Source of the DNA: Auanema rhodensis
Taxonomy: Eukaryota; Animalia; Nematoda
Direction of reading: 5' to 3'
NCBI GenBank assembly: GCA_964057225.1
Contig: OZ059894.1
Location: 1,922,001-1,986,000 of the forward strand
DNA: 64,000 bases
Shown: piece by piece, positions 26,413 through 36,200 of the stretch
How the letters are laid out: each line of letters opens with the position of its first letter
How positions within the stretch are numbered: position 1 is the first letter of the stretch
Position numbers and translations under genes: made by a program
The notes under the pieces: generated by a model
Told to the model about the DNA's origin: nothing
What the model saw: only the letters and a program-made list of their open reading frames with translations
Database searches by the model: none

Positions 26413-29400
26413 ATGTCATTTGTGAATGAATTGCTCGATATGGACTTCGAGAGCGCATTTGAAGAGGTAATGTTGAATTCATTCATCTCTGAAATATTAT
26501 CGGCTATAGAGCCGTTGAATGATTGTTTACGTAAAGATTTTACGGAAAAAATCAGGAACTCTGCTGAGAAAAGGAGAGCAGAGCAGAAAGTTGCTAATTT
26601 GATAAACTCAATAAAGCAAAATTTAGCTAGTGAATTGCGAAAAGGGCAAAATTGGAGATTTATCCAGTCCATTATTACAGCAATGAACAAGAGTGGGCTC
26701 AAAAAGCCTTCAGAGTTGGGTAATACTCTGAAGTTAGCTGATAAACGAGCGGAAACAACTAAATTCATTTGTGAGATTTTCCAACTCAATGAAAGTGAGA
26801 TAGTGGACGAGATGAGGGCCATTAATAGTACTATGAAAGATTTATGCGATTTTTTCAAATGTGATAAAAAATCTTTGAAGCATGAAATATTTAATAGTTT
26901 TAATTTGCAGAGATCAGCAACTATCGAGAGCCAAGCGCAATTAGCTATGGCGGATATGATGATTGATGATAAAGCAGCAGGTAAAATAGAAGAGGAAAAT
27001 TCTGAAATTGAATATATTTTACAGTTGCATCGACAGAAGGAGTTAGGAACAACTCAGAAATGGTTGACGGATGTTCAACAGGAACAGGAGAAGAAAGAGG
27101 GATTAGACTCCAAGGGTGAGTCATCTTTGCCTTTTAATGGACTCAGCGCGCAGAATGAAGCGTTTTTGGACATAATGCGAGCGCAATTGCTGCCTGATGT
27201 TCCAAGTTTTTCGAGTGGGTCGTTCGAGAAATGGAACCATTTTGTAGAAGGGTTTCACCTGAAATACCCAAAAAGCACGTTGTCGGCAAGCGGCCGCAGA
27301 ACGCTGTTTGTAGAAAAATTAAGAGGAGAGGCGAGAGATAGGTATGATGAGTTGCCTGAAATAATCAGAAACAGTTCGCTCGACAAAATAATAGAGGAAC
27401 TGAATAAGCAACATGAGTATTCTAAGAGAGCAAGTAGGTTAGATGCCATAGCTGCTCTTAAATCTTTGAAGTTTGACAACAATAGCAATCTAATAAGCTT
27501 TTGTAAGAAACTAGAAGAAACTTCTAGGAAGGCTTACCCCGGATTGTCTATGTCAAAGTTATCGTTCACAAGAGCTCAAGTCTTGTATGAGGTACTCAGA
27601 GAATGTACTTGTGCATTACAAGTACTTGAGACAATAGAGACTAGTGAAGAAGGGGAGGTGTATGAGAAGGTGAAAGAGGTCGCTTTACGTTGTGAAAGAA
27701 ATAAGCGCATTCACTACAATCAGCATAGAAAGGACAGAATACCTGAAGTAAACCTGCCCAGGCTGAGATTTTTGAAGCAGAATAATACTGCTAGTGGTCA
27801 ACACATGACCAATCGTGGCAGTTACGTAACTGAAAAGGTTCGTAATTTTCCACAGAGAAAAGAAGTTATTTGTTACATATGTAACAAAAGTGGTCATATA
27901 GCAACACATTGTGCTGAAAGAAAACGACCATCAGACAATTCTAAAAGAATTGAACAAGAACAGAACAATATGGGTCCTGTTATGAATAAGCAAGCTGTTG
28001 CATGGAACAAAACTATCAAAACATACAACAAAAGCTATGATGCAAAATTGATTGGTGAGCAGAGTTTACTACCTATGTTAATCTGCAGCATGAGAAATAA
28101 AAAAGTTCTTATTGACACGGGATCGCAAATATCAGTGATGTCGTCACAAGCTCTAGTTAATTTGATGAATGAAGGGGTTGACTTAGATAGAACAGTAACT
28201 CAACTTCCTTGGAATGGAGATAAGTTCATAGCAAATGCCTCGGGTACGCGAATGAATTTTGTTGGAGCAATAAGCTGTGAAGTTTATTGCTCAGAAAGTA
28301 AAAAAACTGCACAAGTATGTTTTTTGGTGAGAAAAAGTAGAGAAGATTCTATACTTATTGGTACGAATGCCCTGAAAGATTTGGGCATATCTTTGAAGTT
28401 TTATAGAAAGGAGGCCATAGCCTTACAGAGAGTTTATATACCTGCGAATAAAAGTAGAACGTTACAAATCTCATGTGACGAGCAGAAAGATAGCTTACTG
28501 GTATCCCATAGGAGTGATATACTCACGGGAATATGTAAAGTGGACACCAATAGTTCCACTACAGTGATTGTGGCTAACATGACATGCCAGCCAACCACGA
28601 TAAAGAAAGGAGAGATTGTCGGTAAATGGGAGTCCGAGAATTGGACTGAAAAGCTGACTGCACTGAATGACGAATTGAAAACCGAATCAATTGATGTGTT
28701 AGAGATGCGTATGTTAGATCAATACGCTAAACCAACAGATCCGGTTGGAAGAGCAGAAAAAGTCATTGCTGTCTTAGAAGAGAAAAGTGGTGTAACCTTT
28801 GATCCAAAGGTCAAGGACCTTTTAGAAGAATATTCATCGATATTTGCGTTGGTTGATGCTGATCTGCAGCAAACAAATATTGTCACTATGAATATTGATA
28901 CGGGAGATGCGAGTCCTATTCGTCAAAAAGTACGACCAGTGCCGTTTGGTATAAAAAATGAGTTTAGAGGTATTATAAAAGACCTACTACAAAGAGGGGT
29001 TATAGAACCTAGCCAAAGCGCATGGGCAAGCCCTGTAGTCTTAGTAGAGAAAAAAGACAAATCTATCAGACTCTGTATAGATTATAGAGAATTGAATAAG
29101 GTCCTGAAACTAGATGCTTATCCAATACCAACGATAGATATCATTCTTAGATCGATGAACGGGAAGAAAATATTTTCCACATTCGATCTATCGTCGGGGT
29201 TTTGGCAAATAAAACTTTCCGAAGAAGATAAAGAAAAAACATCTTTCGTGACCAGCGAAGGATCTTTTCAATTTGTAGTATGTCCTTTTGGCTTAGCAAC
29301 TAGTCCACCAACATTCCAAAGAATGATGGACAAAGCTCTGGGAGATTTACTCAAAAGTAATGAAGTTTTTGTTTATATAGACGATATAATGATTGCAACA

Positions 29401-32400
29401 GATACTTTCGAAAGACATTTTGAAGTTATGAAGAATGTTTTTGAAGCGCTGAAACAAGCAAATTTATCGTTGAAAGCGGTTAAGTGTAAACTTTTACAAA
29501 ACGAAGTGGATTATTTGGGCCACAAAGTAAACGGAAAAGGTATTCACGCCGATCCGAATAAAATTGAGGCAATTTTAAAATATCCCTTACCAAATACGAT
29601 TGCTGAATTAAGAACATTCTTGGGAATGGCGTCGTATTACAGAAAATTTGTGCTAAATTTCGCTGCTATTGCTAAACCAATGCACGAAATGACAAGTGAA
29701 AAAAGTAAATGGGAATGGACCCGAGAGAGAAAAGAGGCTTTTGAAGTTCTAAAGAAAAAGCTTACTCAAGCTCCTGTACTAATACAGCCTGACTGGGAAG
29801 GTGCAAATAGCGGTAAAAACCCATATATTATATACACTGATGCGTGTGCATCTGGTGTAGGAGCGGTGTTATGTCAAAAAGCAAAAGATAATTTTTTACA
29901 CCCGATTGCCTTCGTTTCTAAAGGTTTGTCAAAAGCGGAAAAAAATTATCATGTAACAGATTTAGAAGCTCTGGCTATTGTATTTGCGCTAGAGAAGTTT
30001 CAATATTACATTTATAATACTGAAAAAACAGTTGTGAAAACTGATCATCAACCATTGACATGTCTGTTCAAGAAGACAGCAAGTGGGAGAATGTTGAGAT
30101 GGAGCCTGATTGTACAGCGATACAGAATAACTATTGAGTACGTCAAAGGAAAAGGAAATGTTATAGCGGATGCATTATCGCGAGGTGTTCCAGTCCAAGA
30201 TAATTTTGATCTTGAAAGTGACTCAGATATAAAATATATTTGTTCGTTACAAATGAGAGATAATATAGCTGAATTGATGATGGATGAAAATTACAAAAAT
30301 ATTATCAATCTCAGAAGTGATGAAAAACTCACAGAGAGAATTTTTCTGCCAAAACTGGCACATAAACTATTTGTCGGTGATTTTCTAATTTCAAAAGAAA
30401 ACTTGTATTATATCAACGAGAAGGGTGAGAAATTATTAGTCATTCCTCCGTCAAAAAGATATGACATATATAAAGAAGCTCATGAAGGATTATTTGGAGC
30501 TCATTTTGGACCGAAAAAAATTATACGTTCTCTAAAGAGACAATTTTTTTGGGACGGTCTGGATTCAGATGTACGGAAATGGCATAGTGAGTGCAAAAAG
30601 TGTTTTTTAGCAAATAGTCGAACGAGTCCAGTTCCACTATTACAGCCTTATAGAACGGAAAAACCATTCGAATTGGTTGGGATTGATGTGATGGATCTGG
30701 GTCGAACAACATCAAACAATCGTTATGTTGTTGCTATAATAGATCACTTCAGTAAATGGTTAGGTGCATATGCTGTACCAGACAAATCAGCAGCAACTAT
30801 AGCAAATGTGATAGTTGTAAAATGGATTTGTGAAGGGGCGAAATGGCCTAAGAAATTTTTATCCGATAAAGGAACTGAATTTTTGAACAAAGTAGTAGAT
30901 GAAATAAAAAGAATCACAAATATTGAATGGATTACTACTATGGGTTATAACCCGAGGGAAAATGGTATAACTGAACGAGTTAATCAGACTATTCAAAGAG
31001 CGTTGAAAAAAGCAGGTAATAGTCCTTCAGAATGGGATAAACTTTTACCATTTGTGACGTATGCTTACAACACAACGCCTCATGAAGCAACAGGCGAATC
31101 CCCATTTTTCATTTTACATGGGTTTGAACCTTATCTAGTGTCTAACATTGTCGAACCTGACAAACCAAAACTAGTAGAATATGAACTGGATGAATACAAA
31201 GTAGATCTTCTAGAAGGGTTTCGGTTATCAAGGAAACTCGCCATTGAAAAAAATGATCAGGAACGCGAAAAGTTCAAAATGTATTATGATTCTAAGAAAA
31301 GTAAACAACAAATGGTTTTCCACATCGGAGATAGAGTTTACTTAAAAATTATCAATGAAAAACATAAGCATGTTAATAAAAAATTGGTAAATAATTTACG
31401 AGGTCCATATCGGATTATTGAGTGTTATAAGACATCTGCTCTTATAACAGAATTAACAGGGAAAAATGAACCCATAAAAATTCAGTATGATTTGTTAGTG
31501 AAACTCCCTAGTGCAATAGATGACATACCAGTTGAGACTAAAAAGAAAAGGAAACAGACCAAAATTAATGAGCTCTATTGCAGGAATATCACCATCACTC
31601 ATAAAGACGCTTGTCACCCTTTATATGAGTGTGATGGAAAATACGTGATGCCTGATGGAAACCATCAAATGTGCTCCTTCAAAACTGCTACGTATGGCGA
31701 TATATTGGATAACAGATGTCCAACATTATTGAGAGGAATCAGAGTAAAGAACACGTTTCGTCTAGCGCAGTTTTTATGCATCATGAAAGATCCAAGAATT
31801 TGGATATCCGAAAAGATTAATTTTATCAATAGGATGAACGTACATCCGGATGCGGAAAGCATGGCTGAAGCGATATTAATTCAAAAAAAATTTTGTTTAC
31901 ATGCAAAAGTCAATTTCTCGGTAATCGAGAATTTTCATATCTCTTGTTCAAATAACGTTGAATTTAATATGTCAGCAGATGACATTTCCAAAGCTTTTTT
32001 GTTGGCTGCTGAAAAAATAGCCCGTGTTGTAAAACCTTCTAAAAAAGATGTGCTTTTTGTACCGAAAAGAATGAACGCGGTAAACGACTTATACTTTCCA
32101 TTTGGTGACTGTATAGTCTATGAAAATTTGACTGGAGAAGTCATCCCTAAGTTGTTGAATTATAATAATGTTAGGTATGTATTGGTTGTAGTGCCTGTGA
32201 TTTGTGAAGAAGATGAGATTAGTAAGATAACAAAACAGTTGGGGAGATTAGGATGTGCCCTAGAATCCCAGATTTTGTTAATAAGTCCTATCGCAAGATA
32301 TGACGATAATAAATTTTTTGAAAGTATGAGAACGTGGCAGAAGGTCCATGAAATGTTCGCAGCTGAGAGCGCTACTCTTAATAATAAATTGTGGGTCCAG

Positions 32401-32706
32401 TACATAGGGTGTCGAGGAGACGATCTTGCGCTTGTTACTAATTACTGGTTTGCCGGTGGGCCGTTACCATATCAGAAATCTTCTGATCGTATTTTGTTTG
32501 AGCATGTAAAAAGTTTTTTTGCAATGCTACAAAAAAAATTGCTATCTGTGGGTGTCGCATCTATGCTAAATAGAATTGAAAGGCGGAAACAAAAGCCAGC
32601 GACAAATATAAAGCCATATGAGAAATTCTCTTATAAGAAGAATTCTGCGAATTTGCAGAAAACCCATAAGCCTCAACAACAGTTTAAAAAACAGCACCAT
32701 AACTAA
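26413..32706 (+). CDS. gag-pol: Single Gag-Pol polyprotein (Gag/CCHC, aspartic protease, RT, RNase H, integrase, C-terminal extension), 2097 aa from the first ATG
   Basis: The ORF track call 26344-32706 starts at TTG; the first in-frame ATG is at 26413. Motifs: CYICNKSGHIATHC, LIDTGS, YIDD, YTDAC...DALSR, HHCC, D,D(35)E, GPY. No stops or frameshifts. Confidence 0.95.
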   Translation: MSFVNELLDMDFESAFEEVMLNSFISEILSAIEPLNDCLRKDFTEKIRNSAEKRRAEQKVANLINSIKQNLASELRKGQNWRFIQSIITAMNKSGLKKPSELGNTLKLADKRAETTKFICEIFQLNESEIVDEMRAINSTMKDLCDFFKCDKKSLKHEIFNSFNLQRSATIESQAQLAMADMMIDDKAAGKIEEENSEIEYILQLHRQKELGTTQKWLTDVQQEQEKKEGLDSKGESSLPFNGLSAQNEAFLDIMRAQLLPDVPSFSSGSFEKWNHFVEGFHLKYPKSTLSASGRRTLFVEKLRGEARDRYDELPEIIRNSSLDKIIEELNKQHEYSKRASRLDAIAALKSLKFDNNSNLISFCKKLEETSRKAYPGLSMSKLSFTRAQVLYEVLRECTCALQVLETIETSEEGEVYEKVKEVALRCERNKRIHYNQHRKDRIPEVNLPRLRFLKQNNTASGQHMTNRGSYVTEKVRNFPQRKEVICYICNKSGHIATHCAERKRPSDNSKRIEQEQNNMGPVMNKQAVAWNKTIKTYNKSYDAKLIGEQSLLPMLICSMRNKKVLIDTGSQISVMSSQALVNLMNEGVDLDRTVTQLPWNGDKFIANASGTRMNFVGAISCEVYCSESKKTAQVCFLVRKSREDSILIGTNALKDLGISLKFYRKEAIALQRVYIPANKSRTLQISCDEQKDSLLVSHRSDILTGICKVDTNSSTTVIVANMTCQPTTIKKGEIVGKWESENWTEKLTALNDELKTESIDVLEMRMLDQYAKPTDPVGRAEKVIAVLEEKSGVTFDPKVKDLLEEYSSIFALVDADLQQTNIVTMNIDTGDASPIRQKVRPVPFGIKNEFRGIIKDLLQRGVIEPSQSAWASPVVLVEKKDKSIRLCIDYRELNKVLKLDAYPIPTIDIILRSMNGKKIFSTFDLSSGFWQIKLSEEDKEKTSFVTSEGSFQFVVCPFGLATSPPTFQRMMDKALGDLLKSNEVFVYIDDIMIATDTFERHFEVMKNVFEALKQANLSLKAVKCKLLQNEVDYLGHKVNGKGIHADPNKIEAILKYPLPNTIAELRTFLGMASYYRKFVLNFAAIAKPMHEMTSEKSKWEWTRERKEAFEVLKKKLTQAPVLIQPDWEGANSGKNPYIIYTDACASGVGAVLCQKAKDNFLHPIAFVSKGLSKAEKNYHVTDLEALAIVFALEKFQYYIYNTEKTVVKTDHQPLTCLFKKTASGRMLRWSLIVQRYRITIEYVKGKGNVIADALSRGVPVQDNFDLESDSDIKYICSLQMRDNIAELMMDENYKNIINLRSDEKLTERIFLPKLAHKLFVGDFLISKENLYYINEKGEKLLVIPPSKRYDIYKEAHEGLFGAHFGPKKIIRSLKRQFFWDGLDSDVRKWHSECKKCFLANSRTSPVPLLQPYRTEKPFELVGIDVMDLGRTTSNNRYVVAIIDHFSKWLGAYAVPDKSAATIANVIVVKWICEGAKWPKKFLSDKGTEFLNKVVDEIKRITNIEWITTMGYNPRENGITERVNQTIQRALKKAGNSPSEWDKLLPFVTYAYNTTPHEATGESPFFILHGFEPYLVSNIVEPDKPKLVEYELDEYKVDLLEGFRLSRKLAIEKNDQEREKFKMYYDSKKSKQQMVFHIGDRVYLKIINEKHKHVNKKLVNNLRGPYRIIECYKTSALITELTGKNEPIKIQYDLLVKLPSAIDDIPVETKKKRKQTKINELYCRNITITHKDACHPLYECDGKYVMPDGNHQMCSFKTATYGDILDNRCPTLLRGIRVKNTFRLAQFLCIMKDPRIWISEKINFINRMNVHPDAESMAEAILIQKKFCLHAKVNFSVIENFHISCSNNVEFNMSADDISKAFLLAAEKIARVVKPSKKDVLFVPKRMNAVNDLYFPFGDCIVYENLTGEVIPKLLNYNNVRYVLVVVPVICEEDEISKITKQLGRLGCALESQILLISPIARYDDNKFFESMRTWQKVHEMFAAESATLNNKLWVQYIGCRGDDLALVTNYWFAGGPLPYQKSSDRILFEHVKSFFAMLQKKLLSVGVASMLNRIERRKQKPATNIKPYEKFSYKKNSANLQKTHKPQQQFKKQHHN
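27871..27912 (+). other. Gag nucleocapsid zinc knuckle (CX2CX4HX4C)
   Basis: CYICNKSGHIATHC. Confidence 0.95.
28060..28400 (+). other. Retropepsin-type aspartic protease domain (boundaries approximate)
   Basis: VLIDTGSQISVM (DTG at 28114-28122) and ILIGTNAL (28351). Confidence 0.92.
28990..29545 (+). other. Reverse transcriptase core (boundaries approximate)
   Basis: SAWASPVVLVEKKD, RLCIDYRELN, FDLSSGFWQI, PFGLATSPPTFQR, YIDD (29374-29385), YLGH. Confidence 0.97.
29821..30186 (+). other. RNase H domain (Ty3/Gypsy type)
   Basis: YTDACASGVGAVL, DLEALAI, TDHQPL, NVIADALSR. Confidence 0.95.
30450..31510 (+). other. Integrase (HHCC, DDE core, GPY/F module)
   Basis: AHEGLFGAH...CKKC; D at 30685, D at 30865, E at 30973 (D-35-E spacing); GPY at 31402-31410. 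Confidence 0.95.
31555..32703 (+). other. Uncharacterised post-integrase extension (~380 aa): Cys/His-rich segment, SGNH-like alpha/beta domain, basic tail
   Basis: In-frame continuation after KKKRK (31540-31554). No obvious transmembrane helix or signal peptide. The fold assignment comes from residue pattern only. Confidence 0.55.
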
Positions 32707-32834
32707 TTTCTTGTTGAAATTTGAATTTTCTCATGTATGTTGTAAATGTTTATTTTAATTGTTGTTTTTAAAGAAACTGTTAAACTATTGAATAAATAGT
32801 AATAAGAAGAATTTTTTCTCGGGACGAGAAATTT

Positions 32835-32847
32835 GAGAGGCCGGGGA
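32835..32847 (+). promoter_or_regulatory. Polypurine tract (plus-strand primer)
   Basis: GAGAGGCCGGGGA abuts the TGT start of the 3' LTR; it is interrupted by CC. Confidence 0.8.
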
Positions 32848-33225
32848 TGTCAAGAATATGGCTATAGATACTAAAATGAATAGTATAAATAAAGATAAAT
32901 ATATAATATAATTTATATAAAATATTAAGATAACAATTATTCATGAAAAAATTAAATAAAATGAATAATTTGAATAAAATGACCCATTGATAAAACAATC
33001 CATAGTAATCGCGCTCCATTTAGAGATTGTTGGTAAACAGTGAACTGTTGATAATCAACTACCGTAATCTGATTAAAACAATATTTAGTTGTTTTTTGTC
33101 CTAAAATTATTGTGATAAGGAATTTTTTTATATTTTTTTCAGTTTGGAATTTTCTCTTGAATTTTTTTGTATTTTTTTTTGTTTTTTTAAATAAATCTTT
33201 CTCTTTTTATTTTTCGTTCTTTGAT
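32848..33225 (+). repeat. 3' LTR (378 bp)
   Basis: Same length as the 5' LTR and no mismatch found on reading the two through. Confidence 0.96.
33190..33195 (+). terminator. Candidate polyadenylation signal AATAAA in the 3' LTR (5' LTR copy at 25946-25951)
   Basis: AATAAA flanked by T-rich tracts, 30 nt before the LTR end. Other AATAAA hexamers occur in the A-rich first third of the LTR. Confidence 0.5.
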
Positions 33226-33230
33226 TACTA
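33226..33230 (+). repeat. Target-site duplication, right copy (TACTA)
   Basis: ...CTTTGAT-TACTA-CTTTGAGAAACG resumes the satellite exactly. Confidence 0.85.
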
Positions 33231-36200
33231 CTTTGAGAAACGCTTAATACAAAAATTAGTTATGATCGTTTGAAAAATGATGCATTAGTGTATGTTGAGT
33301 TTCCATGTACACTCAACATAGCTTCCAAAAACATTTTGACAAAAATTTTTTCGAAAAATTTCAGAATAATTTAGCAAAAAGTAGATGTTTTTAGATTTCT
33401 TTTCTCAAGGCAAAGACGATGGACAATGTTATTCAACGAAAAAATTAATTCTTCAGGGTGAAAATCGAGGATATAAGTGTGAACTTATATCAGTTGATAT
33501 CTCGGTGCATTTTTAAGCTAGCGCAAATCTGATAACACAGATCGACGCAGCTTGAAAATCCGCATCGAATGCACTATACTACTTTGAGAAACGCTTAATA
33601 CAAAAATTAGTTATGATCGTTTGAAAAATGATGCATTAGTGTATGTTGAGTTTCCATGTACACTCAACATTGCTTCCAAAAAAATTTTGACAAAAATTTT
33701 TTCGAAAAATTTCAAATTAATTTAGCAGAAAGTATATGTTTTTAGATTTCTTTTTTCAAGGCAAAGACGATGGACAATGTTATTCAACGAAAAAATTAAT
33801 TCTTCAGGGTGAAAATCGAGGATATAAGTGTGAATTTATATCAGTTGATATCTCGGTGCATTTTTAAGCTAGCGCAAATCTGATAACACAGATCGACGCA
33901 GCTTGAAAATCCGCATTGAATGCACTATACTACATTGAGGAACGCTTAATACAAAAATTAGTTATGATCGTTTGAAAAATGATGCATTAGTGTATGTTGA
34001 GTTTCCATGTACACTCAACATAGCTTCCAAAAACATTTTGACAAAAATTTTTTCGAAAAATTTCAAAATAATTTAGCAGAAAGTAGATGTTTTTAGATTC
34101 CTTTTTTTAAGGCAAAGACGATGGACAATGTTATTCAACGAAAAAATTAATTCTTCAGGGTGAAAATCGAGGATATAAGTGTGAATTTATATCAGTTGAT
34201 ATCTCGGTGCATTTTTAAGCTAGCGCAAATCTGATAACACAGATCGACGCAGCTTGAAAATCCGCATCGAATGCACTATACTACTTTGAGAAACGCTTAA
34301 TACAAAAATTAGTTATGATCGTTTGAAAAATGATGCATTAGTGTATGTTGAGTTTCCATGTACACTCAACATAGCTTCCAAAAACATTTTGACAAAATTT
34401 TTTTCAAAAAATTTCAAAATAATTTAGCAGAAAGTAGATGTTTTTAGATTCCTTTTTTTAAGGCAAAGACGACGGACAATGTTATTCAACGAAAAAATTA
34501 ATTCTTCAGGGTGAAAATCGAGGATATAAGTGTGAACTTATATCAGTTGATATCTCGGTGCATTTTTAAGCTAGCGCAAATCTGATAACACAGATCGACG
34601 CAGCTTGAAAATCCGCATCGAATGCACTATACTACTTTGAGAAACGCTTAATACAAAAATTAGTTATGATCGTTTGAAAAATGATGCATTAGTGTATGTT
34701 GAGTTTCCATGTACACTCAACATTGCTTCCAAAAACATTTTGACAAAAATTTTTTCGAAAAATTTCAAATTAATTTAGCAGGAAGTATAAGTTTTTAGAT
34801 TCCTTTTTTCAAGGCAAAGACGATGGACAATGTTATTCAACGAAAAAATTAATTCTTCAGGGTGAAAATCGAGGATATAAGTGTGAACTTATATCAGTTG
34901 ATATCTCGGTGCATTTTTAAGCTAGCGCAAATCTGATAACACAGATCGACGCAGCTTAAAAATCCGCATCGAATGCACTATACTACATTGAGGAACGCTT
35001 AATACAAAAATTAGTTATGATCGTTTGAAAAATGATGCATTAGTGTATGTTGAGTTTCCATGTACACTCAACATTGCTTCCAAAAACATTTTGACAAAAA
35101 TTTTTTCGAAAAATTTCAAAATAATTTAGCAAAAAGTAGATGTTTTTAGATTCCTTTTTTCAAGGCAAAGACGATGGACAATGTTATTCAACGAAAAAAT
35201 TAATTCTTCAGGGTGAAAATCGAGGATATAAGTGTGAACTTATATCAGTTGATATCTCGGTGCATTTTTAAGCTAGCGCAAATCTGATAACACAGATCGA
35301 CGCAGCTTAAAAATCCGCATCGAATGCACTATACTACATTGAGGAACGCTTAATACAAAAATTAGTTATGATCGTTTGAAAAATGATGCATTAGTGTATG
35401 TTGAGTTTCCATGTACACTCAACATTGCTTCCAAAAACATTTTGACAAAAATTTTTTCGAAAAATTTCAAAATAATTTAGCAAAAAGTAGATGTTTTTAG
35501 ATTCCTTTTTTCAAGGCAAAGACGATGGACAATGTTATTCAGCGAAAAAATTAATTCTTCAGGGTGAAAATCGAGGATATAAGTGTGAACTTATATCAGT
35601 TGATATCTCGGTGCATTTTTAAGCTAGCGCAAATCTGATAACACAGATCGACGCAGCTTGAAAATCCGCATCGAATGCACTATACCACTTTGAGAAACGC
35701 TTAATACAAAAATTAGTTATGATCGTTTGAAAAATGATGCATTAGTGTATGTTGAGTTTCCATGTACACTCAACATTGCTTCCAAAAACATTTTGACAAA
35801 AATTTTTTCGAAAAATTTCAAAATAATTTAGCAAAAAGTAGATGTTTTTAGATTCCTTTTTTCAAGGCGAAGACGATGGACATTGTTATTCAACGAAAAA
35901 ATTAATTCTTCAGGGTGAAAATCGAGGATATAAGTGTGAACTTATATCAGTTGATATCTCGGTGCATTTTTAAGCTAGCGCAAATCTGATAACACAGATC
36001 GACGCAGCTTGAAAATCCGCATCGAATGCACTATACTACATTGAGAAACGCTTAATACAAAAATTAGTTATGATCGTTTGAAAAATGATGCATTAGTGTA
36101 TGTTGAGTTTCCATGTACACTCAACATAGCTTCCAAAAACATTTTGACAAAAATTTTTTCGAAAAATTTCAAAATAATTTAGCAGAAAGTAGATGTTTTT

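Larger units (their letters stand above)
25604..33225 (+). mobile_element. Full-length Ty3/Gypsy (Metaviridae) LTR retrotransposon, Cer1-like, 7622 bp
   Basis: Two 378-bp direct repeats, TSD, PBS, PPT and an uninterrupted ORF with Gypsy domain order PR-RT-RH-IN. The Cer1-like call rests on recalled features (single ORF, Pro PBS, post-IN extension), not on an alignment. Confidence 0.97.

Noticed and set aside
26111-26858. Antisense ORFs of 66 and 230 aa
   Set aside because: They overlap the leader and gag on the opposite strand and have no recognisable motifs. They are most simply shadow ORFs, although the 230-aa one cannot be formally excluded.
27255-32405. Five short antisense ORFs (64-81 aa) within gag-pol
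   Set aside because: Short, motif-free shadows of the long sense ORF.
31555-32703. env gene or chromodomain
   Set aside because: No separate ORF, signal peptide or TM anchor, and no chromodomain aromatic-cage pattern after GPY/F.
32780-33019. 79-aa antisense ORF over the PPT and 3' LTR
   Set aside because: Low-complexity F/I/Y/L translation of AT-rich LTR sequence.
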